Of a stretch of DNA of 47,945 nt, positions 17,226 through 26,114 are shown piece by piece. The number at the start of each line of letters is the position of its first letter. Position 1 is the stretch's first letter. A program made the translations under genes and the position numbers. Location: positions 1 to 47,945 of the IMG/VR virus record IMGVR_UViG_3300045580_000402. One strand, 5' to 3'. Under the pieces are notes generated by a model. It did not search any database. It was given only the letters and a program-made list of their open reading frames with translations, and had not been told where the DNA came from. This DNA comes from a virus (Duplodnaviria; Caudoviricetes).

Positions 17226-18293
17226 TCACCTCTCGATCATGTCTTTGGGAATCTGCAACCGGATGTTCCCAGTGCCGCCGAAGTTGGCCGCCGGAAGCTC
17301 GAGCCGGACGTACTCGGTCGCATCGATCGGCGCCTCGAAAACGAGGATGTCCTCGACTTCTTTCCCCGGGTAGATCGACTCCGTTGATTGCACGCCACCT
17401 ACCACCTCTGTTCCAAAGCCGAAGTTGATGCGCTTCAGCACGTTGTCGAAGTTGTCTTGCAGCGTTGCAGAGTCACGCTCGATCGATATCGGCTTGCCTC
17501 GCCAGGTCAGGTAGTCCGCCTTCTTCGTCTTGCTGGCATTGGTCACCTGCAGATACACGGCCAACAGGTCGTCTTCCGACTCCGTTGATCGCCCGAGGTT
17601 GCTCAGCGGAATTTTCTGGACGGCGACTCGCTTGACGCGGATCCGGATATCACCCTGCTGCACCGCTTCTTTGGCGCTGGCCCACTGCTCCTCTGGCTTT
17701 GGCTGCGGCTGCGGCTGCGGACTGGGGGGTACAGGCGGGTCGGGCTCATTCGCGGCGGCGACACCTGGCTTCTTGCCGACAACGGTCTGGTTTGTCTCCT
17801 GAGCCCTTGCCCGTGACTTTCCTGTTTCTTCAACGGCACGAGTGAATGCAGTGGTGACCACGGCACACACGAGGAGCGAAAGCACCGATACCGCCGTGCC
17901 TGCGATAGGAAACCCGATGCCGAGCCCGGATCGACGAATAGCCGCCACCAACCCAACGCAACCGAGAATCGCCCCGAGGCCGCTCAGCGGCATTCCAAGC
18001 AGGCCCAGAAACGGGATCCAGCAAATCAGGAACGCGATCGACCCCAGCACGAGCGACGCAATCCCGAGGCTGTTCGATGGTCGAGGCGCGGGCCGCATCG
18101 GTGGAGGCGAGGCCGTTGCAGCCGGACGCGGCGACGGCACAGGACGGGGGTCGTCATCCAGCTCGACCGTGCCGCTATCGCGTTGCGGAACCTTGACCGA
18201 CGCCTTGCAGGAAGGGCACCGCCCCGTCCTGCCGGCCGCGTTGTCCGGAACGTTGAGCGCGCGGCCACACCCAGGGCACGAAATCTTGATCAT
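17226..18293 (-). CDS. Zinc-ribbon plus 3-TM membrane protein with periplasmic Ig-like (DUF4352-like) domain; host-type moron
   Basis: MIKISCPGCG...GRCPSC, SNSLGIASLVLG TM block, LQDNFDN...IYPGKEVEDILVFEAP. Confidence 0.8.
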   Translation of the reverse strand: MIKISCPGCGRALNVPDNAAGRTGRCPSCKASVKVPQRDSGTVELDDDPRPVPSPRPAATASPPPMRPAPRPSNSLGIASLVLGSIAFLICWIPFLGLLGMPLSGLGAILGCVGLVAAIRRSGLGIGFPIAGTAVSVLSLLVCAVVTTAFTRAVEETGKSRARAQETNQTVVGKKPGVAAANEPDPPVPPSPQPQPQPKPEEQWASAKEAVQQGDIRIRVKRVAVQKIPLSNLGRSTESEDDLLAVYLQVTNASKTKKADYLTWRGKPISIERDSATLQDNFDNVLKRINFGFGTEVVGGVQSTESIYPGKEVEDILVFEAPIDATEYVRLELPAANFGGTGNIRLQIPKDMIER

Positions 18294-18423
18294 GCTGACA
18301 CCAGGAGGAGATCGCAGTGAGACCCGGCCAGCGGGACAGTCGCGGCCGCTCATGCGTTCCGACAAGTGTACTACCGCGAAAGAGGGATTCCACACCCACC
18401 GCGGCACACCGTCCAGCGTCGCG

Positions 18424-18723
18424 TCACTTTGTGGCACTCCCGCTTCGAGCACGAGTGCGGAGGTTGTCGAGCGAAACCCCAAACGCGTCGGCGAGCAGTT
18501 CTGCTGCATAGAGCGGAACCGTAACCTCGCCGGACATCCAGCGCCCGAACGTGCTTGGCGCGACACCACACACCGCCGCCATCTGGCGGCGCGACATGCC
18601 ACGCGGCCTTGCAAGAGAGAGGACTCGTCGTCCCCAGCCGCATTCCGGCTTTGGGGGCGGTCCGGCGTGTGCGACGAGCAGGGAGTTTCGCGGCGAAGTG
18701 GGCATTCTCCGCCCTCCATTCAC
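18424..18723 (-). CDS. XRE-family HTH regulator (paralog 2)
   Basis: GMSRRQMAAVCGVAPSTFGRWMSGE...LADAFGVSLDNL. Confidence 0.8.
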   Translation of the reverse strand: MNGGRRMPTSPRNSLLVAHAGPPPKPECGWGRRVLSLARPRGMSRRQMAAVCGVAPSTFGRWMSGEVTVPLYAAELLADAFGVSLDNLRTRARSGSATK

Positions 18724-19001
18724 GCGTGGAAGCGCTTGCGTTTCAGTCGACGAGGCGGTGTTGTCCGAAGCTCATCTGTTGGAACTCCAAATAAATCAGC
18801 GAGCATCTCGACAGCCACCGCAGGAACGCACGCTTCCCCAGACATCCATCGTCCAAAAGTACTTGCAGACACCCCAAGCTCGTTGGACATGTCCGCGTAC
18901 GTGAGAGAGAAACGAGAAGCGAATGACAAGACTTTTCGTCCCCAGTAACTAGGGTCCCTAGTCGGCCGTCCTCCAACATTGCGCTCTGCGACCGTGGCCA
19001 T
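18720..19001 (-). CDS. XRE-family HTH regulator (paralog 1)
   Basis: LTYADMSNELGVSASTFGRWMSGE...LADLFGVPTDEL. Confidence 0.8.
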   Translation of the reverse strand: MATVAERNVGGRPTRDPSYWGRKVLSFASRFSLTYADMSNELGVSASTFGRWMSGEACVPAVAVEMLADLFGVPTDELRTTPPRRLKRKRFHA

Positions 19002-19080
19002 ATTCCGTCCTCCATTCACGGATACGACCGTTTCTTTTGACCCTGCGCCCGCGCGAGCGTAGGGTTGAAACGGACCTCGA

Positions 19081-19110
19081 ATGGATTCCCCGGATGTCCG
19101 GAGAATCCAT
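19081..19110. promoter_or_regulatory. Imperfect 30-bp palindrome in the repressor/integrase divergent region
   Basis: ATGGATTCcCCGGAtgTCCGGaGAATCCAT. Confidence 0.5.
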
Positions 19111-19261
19111 TTGAGTTGAATGGAGCGGAGTAATCTCCCCCACACAGGGGAAGACTCCTCTGCCACACGGACGCCTCCACTCTAGTTCGCACGGATGCCA
19201 ATCGCAACCTAGTGTCTTAGTGGGGCCACCCCCCCGCGAGACCAACACGAGGCATCCAACC

Positions 19262-20368
19262 ATGACGCTCACGGACCTGTTTGAGAACGAATACCGTTCG
19301 ATCCGCCACCTATCCCCAAAGGCCATCAGCTGCTATCAGGTGTCGCTCCGGCACATCGACCGGCACATGGCATTGCAGCCTGGCCGGGAGCCTGGGCCGG
19401 CCCGTCTCGACGACCTGAGCGATCTCGCTCTGTCGCGGTTCGTGGCCGAGCGAGAGCGCAATACGTGCAGGGCAACGGCGAAGCGGGATCGGACGCAGAT
19501 CCTCTGCCTCTGGCGCTACGCTTGCCGATGCGGGTATCTGACGCGGTGGCCGAACCCGACACCCCTGCGCGTGCCCGTGCGCGTGCCACGTGCCACACGT
19601 GCCGACGAGCTCGAGCGACTGCTCGCCTACTTCGCCGGCATCAATGGTACGATCGATGGTGTGCCGGCCGGCGTGTGGTGGGGCTCACTCATCACGGCTC
19701 TGTTCCAATGCGGAACGCGCATCGGCGAGACGCTCGCGGTCGAGTGGCCGTGCGTGAACGTGGCTGAGCGGACGATCCTGTTCAAGGCTGAAACCCGCAA
19801 GGGCCAGACCCGCGACATCGTCCGCGACATCACAGACGAGCTGGCCGGAAACCTGGCGTCGCGGGCGCGGCAGAGCGGACGCGTCTGGAAATGGGACCGG
19901 TCGGCAACCCACCTGTGGGCGCACTTCCGCGATCACTGCACGAAGGCGGAGGTGCCGTACCTTGGATTCCACGCGATCCGCAAGGCAGCATGCAGTTATA
20001 CGAAGGCCGCCGGCGGGGACGCGACCAAGCTGGCGGATCACGCCGACGTTGCGACGACGGAGGTGTACATCGATCCCACGATCGCACCGCCCGAAAGCAA
20101 TCTGGCGAGGCTCCCGCTGCTGAGACAGCTGCGGCGTGAATCACTGGAGCCCGTGGAGCCGCCGTCGCGCGAGGAGGATGCCATGCGGGCCGGGCACACT
20201 GTCGGACGCGTGATCGGCCGCGTCGGGCTCCCACGGCCGAGCCGAGAGGAAGCCGACGACCTGGCGAAGGAGCACGGCCACGCCGGAGCGATGGCCCAGT
20301 GGTTCCGGGACGGGCTGACATCCGGATGGTGGGCGGCGACAAGGCATCGCGAGGCAGCCGCCGGGTGA
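19262..20368 (+). CDS. int: Tyrosine integrase
   Basis: Catalytic R (GTRIGE), K (TRKG), HxxR (HAIR), H (ADH) and Y (TEVY). Confidence 0.92.
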   Translation: MTLTDLFENEYRSIRHLSPKAISCYQVSLRHIDRHMALQPGREPGPARLDDLSDLALSRFVAERERNTCRATAKRDRTQILCLWRYACRCGYLTRWPNPTPLRVPVRVPRATRADELERLLAYFAGINGTIDGVPAGVWWGSLITALFQCGTRIGETLAVEWPCVNVAERTILFKAETRKGQTRDIVRDITDELAGNLASRARQSGRVWKWDRSATHLWAHFRDHCTKAEVPYLGFHAIRKAACSYTKAAGGDATKLADHADVATTEVYIDPTIAPPESNLARLPLLRQLRRESLEPVEPPSREEDAMRAGHTVGRVIGRVGLPRPSREEADDLAKEHGHAGAMAQWFRDGLTSGWWAATRHREAAAG

Positions 20369-20439
20369 CGAGCAGCTTTCAGGATTCCAAAGCCATCCAC
20401 TGGCGAGTAGCATGCAGCCGTGCGAAAGGAGGGTGACGC

Positions 20440-20748
20440 ATGGATGTCGAAAAGACGTACACGATCCCCACGAAGCGGATGACATTGCGGCTGCAGCGCC
20501 GGTTTTTTAATGCAACCAATCGGCTCAACTCACGCAAGATTGGCCGGACCCGACGTGGCGGATTGCAGTTGTTTTTTGTAGGGGCGACTCGCCATGACGA
20601 CGCATGGATCGTCAAGTTCCGCCTGCGAAAGGCTCCACCGGGATTGAAGGTGCCATGCCAAACAGGTGTCAAGCGGCTTTGCCTCCACGAGCACGACGAC
20701 ATCGGAAAGCTGCTGAAAGACCTGACCGTGGCCGCAGCGAAGGCGTAG
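20440..20748 (+). CDS. Hypothetical basic protein
   Basis: AGGAGG SD upstream. Confidence 0.55.
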   Translation: MDVEKTYTIPTKRMTLRLQRRFFNATNRLNSRKIGRTRRGGLQLFFVGATRHDDAWIVKFRLRKAPPGLKVPCQTGVKRLCLHEHDDIGKLLKDLTVAAAKA

Positions 20749-20750
20749 TG

Positions 20751-21194
20751 ATGGGCACGCTGAAACAGCGCATCATCGAAGACATGGAATCGACCGAGCA
20801 TGAACTGGCGAGGCAATGGATCCCCGTGAGCGAGCGGCTGCCGGAGCTTGGCGTCGAGGTGTTGGCACACAGCGCGTCTGTAGGCCGCCAGGTCGCGCAC
20901 ACCGTCCCCATCCAGGGCGGGATTGCATGGCACTGGGGGACGAGCGGAGTCCTGGGCATTGACGCTGACCATTGGATGCCGATGCCCGAGCCGCCGCCTG
21001 AGACGCGAGCGGCTCTCTGTGAGCAGTGGGAGCGACTGCACAAGGGGCCGAGGCCCGAGACTGATGTTGTCATCACTGACGACATGCGAGCGTGGCACGA
21101 GGCGGCAAGAGACATGGCCAAAACCAAGCGGCCAGCACAGACGGTTGGCGACTTGCTGTTCAGCGGGAAGGGCAAGCCGCCGGAGGTGAGTTGA
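20751..21194 (+). CDS. DUF551-like protein
   Basis: WIPVSERLPE...VL...HWMPMPEPP. Confidence 0.8.
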   Translation: MGTLKQRIIEDMESTEHELARQWIPVSERLPELGVEVLAHSASVGRQVAHTVPIQGGIAWHWGTSGVLGIDADHWMPMPEPPPETRAALCEQWERLHKGPRPETDVVITDDMRAWHEAARDMAKTKRPAQTVGDLLFSGKGKPPEVS

Positions 21195-21424
21195 TGGGCA
21201 AGGTCACGTTTATGCCTGCAGTCAGCCAGCAGGAGATCCTTGACCACGTTGAGCGGACAGTCGACACGACTGGCTGGGTGCGAAAAGAAGTGGCGCTTCC
21301 AGAGCCGTTCCGTGCAATCGTGACGATCTCTTTCAAGGATTCAGAGCCGCGGACGTTTCACTTGGTATCCAACAACTTTTTCGCGAGCCTGGACGACGTG
21401 CGGATCTACGAAGTGAAGCCATGA
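21194..21424 (+). CDS. Hypothetical protein
   Basis: TGATG coupling and GGAGG SD. Confidence 0.55.
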   Translation: MGKVTFMPAVSQQEILDHVERTVDTTGWVRKEVALPEPFRAIVTISFKDSEPRTFHLVSNNFFASLDDVRIYEVKP

Positions 21425-21777
21425 GCGTTGATGTCCTTCTTTACGTGAGCATTTCCGTCCTCGGGACGCGATGGATGCCGCTCGTACGATGGGCGAAATT
21501 ACCCGCTGTGCCGCGCGTCGGCGATCTGCTGTGCTTGCACAAGAAGTGGAGATTCGGAGAGGGCTGTGTCGTGGACGCAGTCTCATTCCGAGACGACGGA
21601 TTGGTGGTGGTCGAGATCGAAGGCGAGATTCACGACTGCGCCGACACCGATGCCGTCGAGATAGCGGTTCGGTACTACATGGACGATCTTGGATTCGCCG
21701 AGGGCCATCCCGACGACGTTGAGTACGGAGGCTCCGAGATCGTCAGCCACGGCGGGCGGGCACGGTCGGCACCGTAG
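21421..21777 (+). CDS. Hypothetical protein
   Basis: ATGA coupling; LPAVPRVGD motif. Confidence 0.6.
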   Translation: MSVDVLLYVSISVLGTRWMPLVRWAKLPAVPRVGDLLCLHKKWRFGEGCVVDAVSFRDDGLVVVEIEGEIHDCADTDAVEIAVRYYMDDLGFAEGHPDDVEYGGSEIVSHGGRARSAP

Positions 21778-21839
21778 GCCACACGCCGGCCCCTGGAGCG
21801 GCGGTAGAACGATCCACGCGGGCCGGATACGATTTCTTC

Positions 21840-22082
21840 ATGGCTCACCCAGCAGTTCCGAAGGACCCGATCCCGCTGCCTGAGGCCGCGAAGCTCGCGG
21901 ACGTGACGGCTCGGTACATGCGCACGCTCGTGAAGGCTGGGCGCGTCGAGGGCGTACAGATCGGTCGTAACTACATCGTGTCCGAGGCCTCGGCGCGATC
22001 ATTCTGCCGAACAGAGTCCGAGGGCAGACCCAGGGCCAAGGTCGCGAATCGGACGAAGCGTCAGCCACGTCGACGCAAGTAG
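21840..22082 (+). CDS. Excisionase-like HTH_17 DNA-binding protein
   Basis: IPLPEAAKLADVTARYMRTLVKAGRVEGVQIGRNYIV. Confidence 0.8.
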   Translation: MAHPAVPKDPIPLPEAAKLADVTARYMRTLVKAGRVEGVQIGRNYIVSEASARSFCRTESEGRPRAKVANRTKRQPRRRK

Positions 22083-22110
22083 GCAAGCTGCCTGAGACAC
22101 GGCACTGCCC

Positions 22111-22138
22111 TTGCCGAGTATTCCCGCCGGGGTATACT
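22111..22138 (+). promoter_or_regulatory. Putative promoter for the Prim-Pol gene
   Basis: TTGCCG-N16-TATACT. Confidence 0.45.
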
Positions 22139-22180
22139 TTCCGAAAAGCCGGCCGTGCGCGGCTTTCCGGAGTCCAGCCG

Positions 22181-22741
22181 ATGACACCCACCAGCCTGGC
22201 CCTGGCCCGCCACCTTGCCGCGGAGGGCTTTTGCGTGATCCCACTGCTCCGCGGCGGCAAGAAGCCGGCGATTCGCTGGAAGCGATTCCAGTCGCATCGC
22301 CCGACAGACGAGCAGCTCGTGGCCTGGTTCGGAAGCGGCGAGCTCGAGCCGGCGATCGTCACCGGTGCAATCAGCGGCATCACGGTCGTCGACTGCGATA
22401 GCCCTGGGGCGATCGCGGAGTGCGAGGCACGCGGCATCCGCTCGGGCCTCACGCAGCGGACGGCGCGCGGGCTGCACCTCGTCTTCCGGCACGCCGGCGA
22501 ACGGAACACCGTGCGTGTCGACGGCATGGCAGGCGTGGACCGCCGCGGAGAGGGCGGGTTCGTCCGGGCCTACCCAGACGCGATCGCGTGGACGCGGGAG
22601 GCGGTGGCCGCAGCCGGGGTTGCTCCTCCGTCGGCTCGCGACATTGCAGGGCGGCGGACGATCATTCGGCCTGCGACGATGGCTGGCAAGTCGCGATCGG
22701 AATGCTTCTGGCCCCCGATCCGGGCGGGGGTGACACGATGA
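22181..22741 (+). CDS. Bifunctional DNA primase/polymerase N-terminal (Prim-Pol) domain, stand-alone
   Basis: GFCVIPL...KKPAIRWK...IVTGAISGITVVDCD...TARGLHLVF...GFV. Confidence 0.85.
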   Translation: MTPTSLALARHLAAEGFCVIPLLRGGKKPAIRWKRFQSHRPTDEQLVAWFGSGELEPAIVTGAISGITVVDCDSPGAIAECEARGIRSGLTQRTARGLHLVFRHAGERNTVRVDGMAGVDRRGEGGFVRAYPDAIAWTREAVAAAGVAPPSARDIAGRRTIIRPATMAGKSRSECFWPPIRAGVTR

Positions 22742-23061
22742 CCACTGACCAGCAACAGACCAGCTCCGTCACGGACCCGTCGGCGCGGCGCCTCTGGATG
22801 GTCGCCAGCACGCCCACGCCGGAGGACGTGATCGCGGTGCGGTGCTGCGTCGGGGAGTCGTTCCGCGATGGGGACGCCGTGCTGATGTGCGACGGCGTCT
22901 GCCTGTCTGGCAACCTCACCAGCATGGTGGTCGATCTCCTCCAGGTGCCTCGCGTGGATGCGGGCTCCCTGGAGCCGCTCGATGCTCTCGCCGCTCGATT
23001 CGCTGGCCGGCTGGTGGGCCGGGAGGAGGCTCAGTCGCTCCGCGCAGGGGGGTGGTGGTGA
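22738..23061 (+). CDS. Hypothetical protein
   Basis: ATGA coupling with Prim-Pol. Confidence 0.5.
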   Translation: MTTDQQQTSSVTDPSARRLWMVASTPTPEDVIAVRCCVGESFRDGDAVLMCDGVCLSGNLTSMVVDLLQVPRVDAGSLEPLDALAARFAGRLVGREEAQSLRAGGWW

Positions 23062-23217
23062 CGCCCCGGGCCGGCGTTCTGCCGGGCGGCGGGCGGCGAC
23101 TGAGACCACTGATCCTCGCGGAAATGAGGCCGGCTTGCCGGTCGGCCAGGCGGCAGCTACCGTTTCTATGAGGCGTCGCGGCCGGGTTTGGCCACCTCGC
23201 CCATAGGGAGAATGTCG

Positions 23218-23571
23218 ATGAACACGCTCAGGGCAGTCATCTTTTCATCGAAGGACGAGAGCTTTTTCGAGGCTCAGCTGCTGGAGTTGAACATCGCGGT
23301 TTCGGCGACGTCCATGGAATCGCTGTTCAGCGAGATCGAGCACGCCCTGATCATGGAATACCACCTGGCGAATCGGTACGGGAACGTACCCTTCGCTTCA
23401 TTCGTGGGACGCGTGCCCCCCAAGTTCGAGGCCATGTGGCGGTCGGTGGACGATGATTCCGTGCCCGGCCGAGAGCTGGTGATTCCAGAGGAAGTTGCGG
23501 AAGCACTGGCGACCGCGCTCCACACAGGCAATCGGCACGTAGAGATCCGGGCGCATCGGCTGGCCGCATGA
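23218..23571 (+). CDS. HicB-like antitoxin (RNase H-like partial fold)
   Basis: FEAQLLELNIAVSATSMESLFSEIEHAL pattern; GGAG SD. Confidence 0.55.
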   Translation: MNTLRAVIFSSKDESFFEAQLLELNIAVSATSMESLFSEIEHALIMEYHLANRYGNVPFASFVGRVPPKFEAMWRSVDDDSVPGRELVIPEEVAEALATALHTGNRHVEIRAHRLAA

Positions 23572-23855
23572 CCGAGCCGGCGCCCGAGCGGTCATTCAAC
23601 CGCATGACGTGGGGGGAGTTCGTTTCGCTCCTGCGCCCGCACGGCATCGTCGTCGACGTCATGCAGGTCAAGGCGGCACGTGGCATGATCGTGCCCGGCT
23701 ATTACCTCGTGCGGCACAACCCCAAGCCGGCGACAACCTATCCGCTCCCGCTGTCATACAGGGTCGACGGACGGGTGGGGCCGGTCACGATCTACGCGGT
23801 GTGCGGTCACTTCGGAATCGATCCGCACTTCCCCGGCTGGACGTTGGTGATGTGA
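23568..23855 (+). CDS. HicA-like toxin candidate
   Basis: MTWGEFVSLLRPHGI...VGPVTIYAVCGHFGI alpha-beta3-alpha pattern; ATGA-coupled. Confidence 0.45.
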   Translation: MTEPAPERSFNRMTWGEFVSLLRPHGIVVDVMQVKAARGMIVPGYYLVRHNPKPATTYPLPLSYRVDGRVGPVTIYAVCGHFGIDPHFPGWTLVM

Positions 23856-23876
23856 CGCTGGCGAGCCGTGGCTGGT

Positions 23877-24386
23877 TCATCCGGACCGTGCTGGGGCTGC
23901 ATCCACTGGGCACTTGCACCCCGGTCCGCGCAGCGTGCCACGATTGAGCTCGGGCCACAGCTCGTCGGAGTGGATCGCTGCCAGCAGCCCCCACGCGGCA
24001 TGCGGCAGATGCGGCTCCGATCGGTCGCCGGCCAGGTAGCGGTTGATGTGCCGCAATGCGTGGTTCAGGAGATCGTGGACAGGCATCCCTTTTTCCCAAT
24101 TCCAGGCTCCGTACTTCGCGGCTCCCTCGGCGCACGTGCGGGCCACTGCCTCCAGGCCGATGGGCGAAATCAGGTCATACCGCGTCGCCTCGGCGTCGCC
24201 GGATCGGACGGCCCCTGTCGCGAACTCAACGGTCTCACCGGCCTGCGTCTTCATGTGTTTCTTCCTGAGTTCCCTGATCATCCTGAGCGTGTAGGCAGAG
24301 AGCGTCCCGCTACATCCAGTCCAGCAATTCGCCGGCCCGAGGCGGCGGCAGAGCTGCTCGGCGCGGTCCAGTTCTTCGTCCGTCAT
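23877..24386 (-). CDS. dATP/dGTP diphosphohydrolase domain protein (DUF5664-like)
   Basis: FATGAVR...RYDLI...GAAKYGAWNWEKG...ALRH...HLPHAAW. Confidence 0.88.
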   Translation of the reverse strand: MTDEELDRAEQLCRRLGPANCWTGCSGTLSAYTLRMIRELRKKHMKTQAGETVEFATGAVRSGDAEATRYDLISPIGLEAVARTCAEGAAKYGAWNWEKGMPVHDLLNHALRHINRYLAGDRSEPHLPHAAWGLLAAIHSDELWPELNRGTLRGPGCKCPVDAAPARSG

Positions 24387-24706
24387 GCGTCATCCTCCAG
24401 CATGGCGGCCAGCTCGTCTGGGAACTGCCGCAGGACCGCGACGGCCTCCTCCGCGAACTCGGATACTTCCGTCTCGTCGAGCGCCCACCACCGGGAATGG
24501 ATCAACTCGTGCAGCAGCGTTTCCACGAACTCCAGCCCCGTGGCACGGCTGCTGATGCGGATGGACGGTCGCGCTGCCGTAGGGGGATCGCAATCACCCC
24601 AGCACGCGGGAGGACGAAGCGGCGCCGAAGCGTCCAGACGCCATCGGCGTCCTCCGATGTTGATCCGGCGGACGGATGACCGCGGCCTGCGGCGCTTTCG
24701 CGTCAC
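24383..24706 (-). CDS. Small HExxH metallopeptidase-like protein
   Basis: WGDCD...I...ETLLHELIH...E. Confidence 0.75.
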   Translation of the reverse strand: MTRKRRRPRSSVRRINIGGRRWRLDASAPLRPPACWGDCDPPTAARPSIRISSRATGLEFVETLLHELIHSRWWALDETEVSEFAEEAVAVLRQFPDELAAMLEDDA

Positions 24707-25716
24707 GACGACCTCACCTTCCCGCTGGCGATCCGATAGTTGGTGACGTCGAACTGGCCATCGGCGTCAACCTTGACGGTCGCAAACCCGTGGTTCCATT
24801 TGTTGAGCCGGGCGTATTCAGGCCGCAGGTCGCAGAGGCAGCCGGTAGACCAGCAAAACACCTCCGAGCCCCACATGTCCGGCTCGCAGTGACCGCTCGT
24901 GCGGTGGCCGTGACCTTCGAGCACGGTGTGGTGGAGGCGGAGGAACGCGCCGCGGGCCTGATTCACCGGCGCCGAGATGCCTTTTCCCTTCTCGTGGCCG
25001 TGCATGATCGGGAGCTTCCCGGCCATGATCGGCCGTTGGTCCTCGACCAGGGCGATGTCGTGGCGGTCGAGGTGCAGCCACGCCGCCAAGCCCATTTCCT
25101 TCTCGCTGCTGATTTCCGGGGCGTGCTGCCAGAGCCAGTGATTCCACCGCTCTTCGTGGTTGCCGGCCTTGAACACGATCGGGATCGCGGGGAACTCTCC
25201 GCGGAGCCACGCGAGCAGCTGGCGGATCGCGTTCAACTCGCCACGGAAGTCGCGCTTAGACGGATTCTTCGTCCATCGGCTGATGGTGTAGAAGTCGGCG
25301 GTGTCACCGTTCAGGACGAGCGCGTCGACGTGGACGGCCTTCAGGTGATCGACCGACGCCCCGAGAGCGACTTCCGAGTGGTAGGGTACGTGGATGTCGG
25401 AGAGGACACCCACGGTGCCGACGATGCCAAGGTCGTGCGGCTCCCACGATTCCGCTTTGCTGGGGGGCATGGCGTATTGCACGCCGGCCTGCCTCGGGGG
25501 GCGCTTTGCCACAGCCTTCACCTCCTCCCTGGCGAGCTCGCCGCTGACTCCGAACTGGCGCATGATGCGTTTGCGCGCCTGCTCGAGCGTGATTGCCCCG
25601 TTGCACTCTGCCACGAGCCGCCTGGCGAGCGTGCGCGCCGGTGCGTCTGGGTATTCGGCTGCGAGACGGCGGGCAATCTTTGTGATCTCATCGCCGCCGA
25701 GATTTCGTTGTGGCAT
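24703..25716 (-). CDS. Calcineurin-like metallophosphoesterase
   Basis: SDIH, NGD...D, GNHE, HGH, GHGH motifs. Confidence 0.92.
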   Translation of the reverse strand: MPQRNLGGDEITKIARRLAAEYPDAPARTLARRLVAECNGAITLEQARKRIMRQFGVSGELAREEVKAVAKRPPRQAGVQYAMPPSKAESWEPHDLGIVGTVGVLSDIHVPYHSEVALGASVDHLKAVHVDALVLNGDTADFYTISRWTKNPSKRDFRGELNAIRQLLAWLRGEFPAIPIVFKAGNHEERWNHWLWQHAPEISSEKEMGLAAWLHLDRHDIALVEDQRPIMAGKLPIMHGHEKGKGISAPVNQARGAFLRLHHTVLEGHGHRTSGHCEPDMWGSEVFCWSTGCLCDLRPEYARLNKWNHGFATVKVDADGQFDVTNYRIASGKVRSS

Positions 25717-25754
25717 CCTTGACTCCAGTTTCAGAAAACCTGCCCCGCTGCGAA

Positions 25755-26114
25755 TCACACTCCGTAATAGAACTGCCGCACCTTCAACAGCCGCCCGCGG
25801 ATCGCGACCTGGACGCGGTTGCCCACGTCGTTCAGCCACTTCTTCCGGCCCTCGCAGCCGCACCCGCCGGGCTTGCCTTCGGTGCGGGTGAGCTTCTCCA
25901 CCCGCTCCTTCGTGATGCCGATGGCCGTCAGGCCACGCTCGACGAGGTCGCCGACTGCCACCGGCTGCCATGCCTTCCGTGGGTAGGCAGGATGCCGCTC
26001 GTCAATCGTCCACTGGTCGCCGTCCTGCCGGATCACGCACGGCATCACTGAGGCAAGCGAATAGCCCCGCTGCTCACAGATCGCCTCCATGTGCATCCGG
26101 TGGCAGGTAATCAC
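25755..26114 (-). CDS. Hypothetical protein downstream of the tail protein
   Basis: HPAYP, GDLV...GIT, GCGC..RKKWLN. Confidence 0.7.
   Translation of the reverse strand: MITCHRMHMEAICEQRGYSLASVMPCVIRQDGDQWTIDERHPAYPRKAWQPVAVGDLVERGLTAIGITKERVEKLTRTEGKPGGCGCEGRKKWLNDVGNRVQVAIRGRLLKVRQFYYGV

Noticed and set aside
19002-19261. attP core
   Set aside because: The position is plausible, but I could not identify a tRNA/tmRNA 3' fragment or arm repeats; the host sequence is needed.
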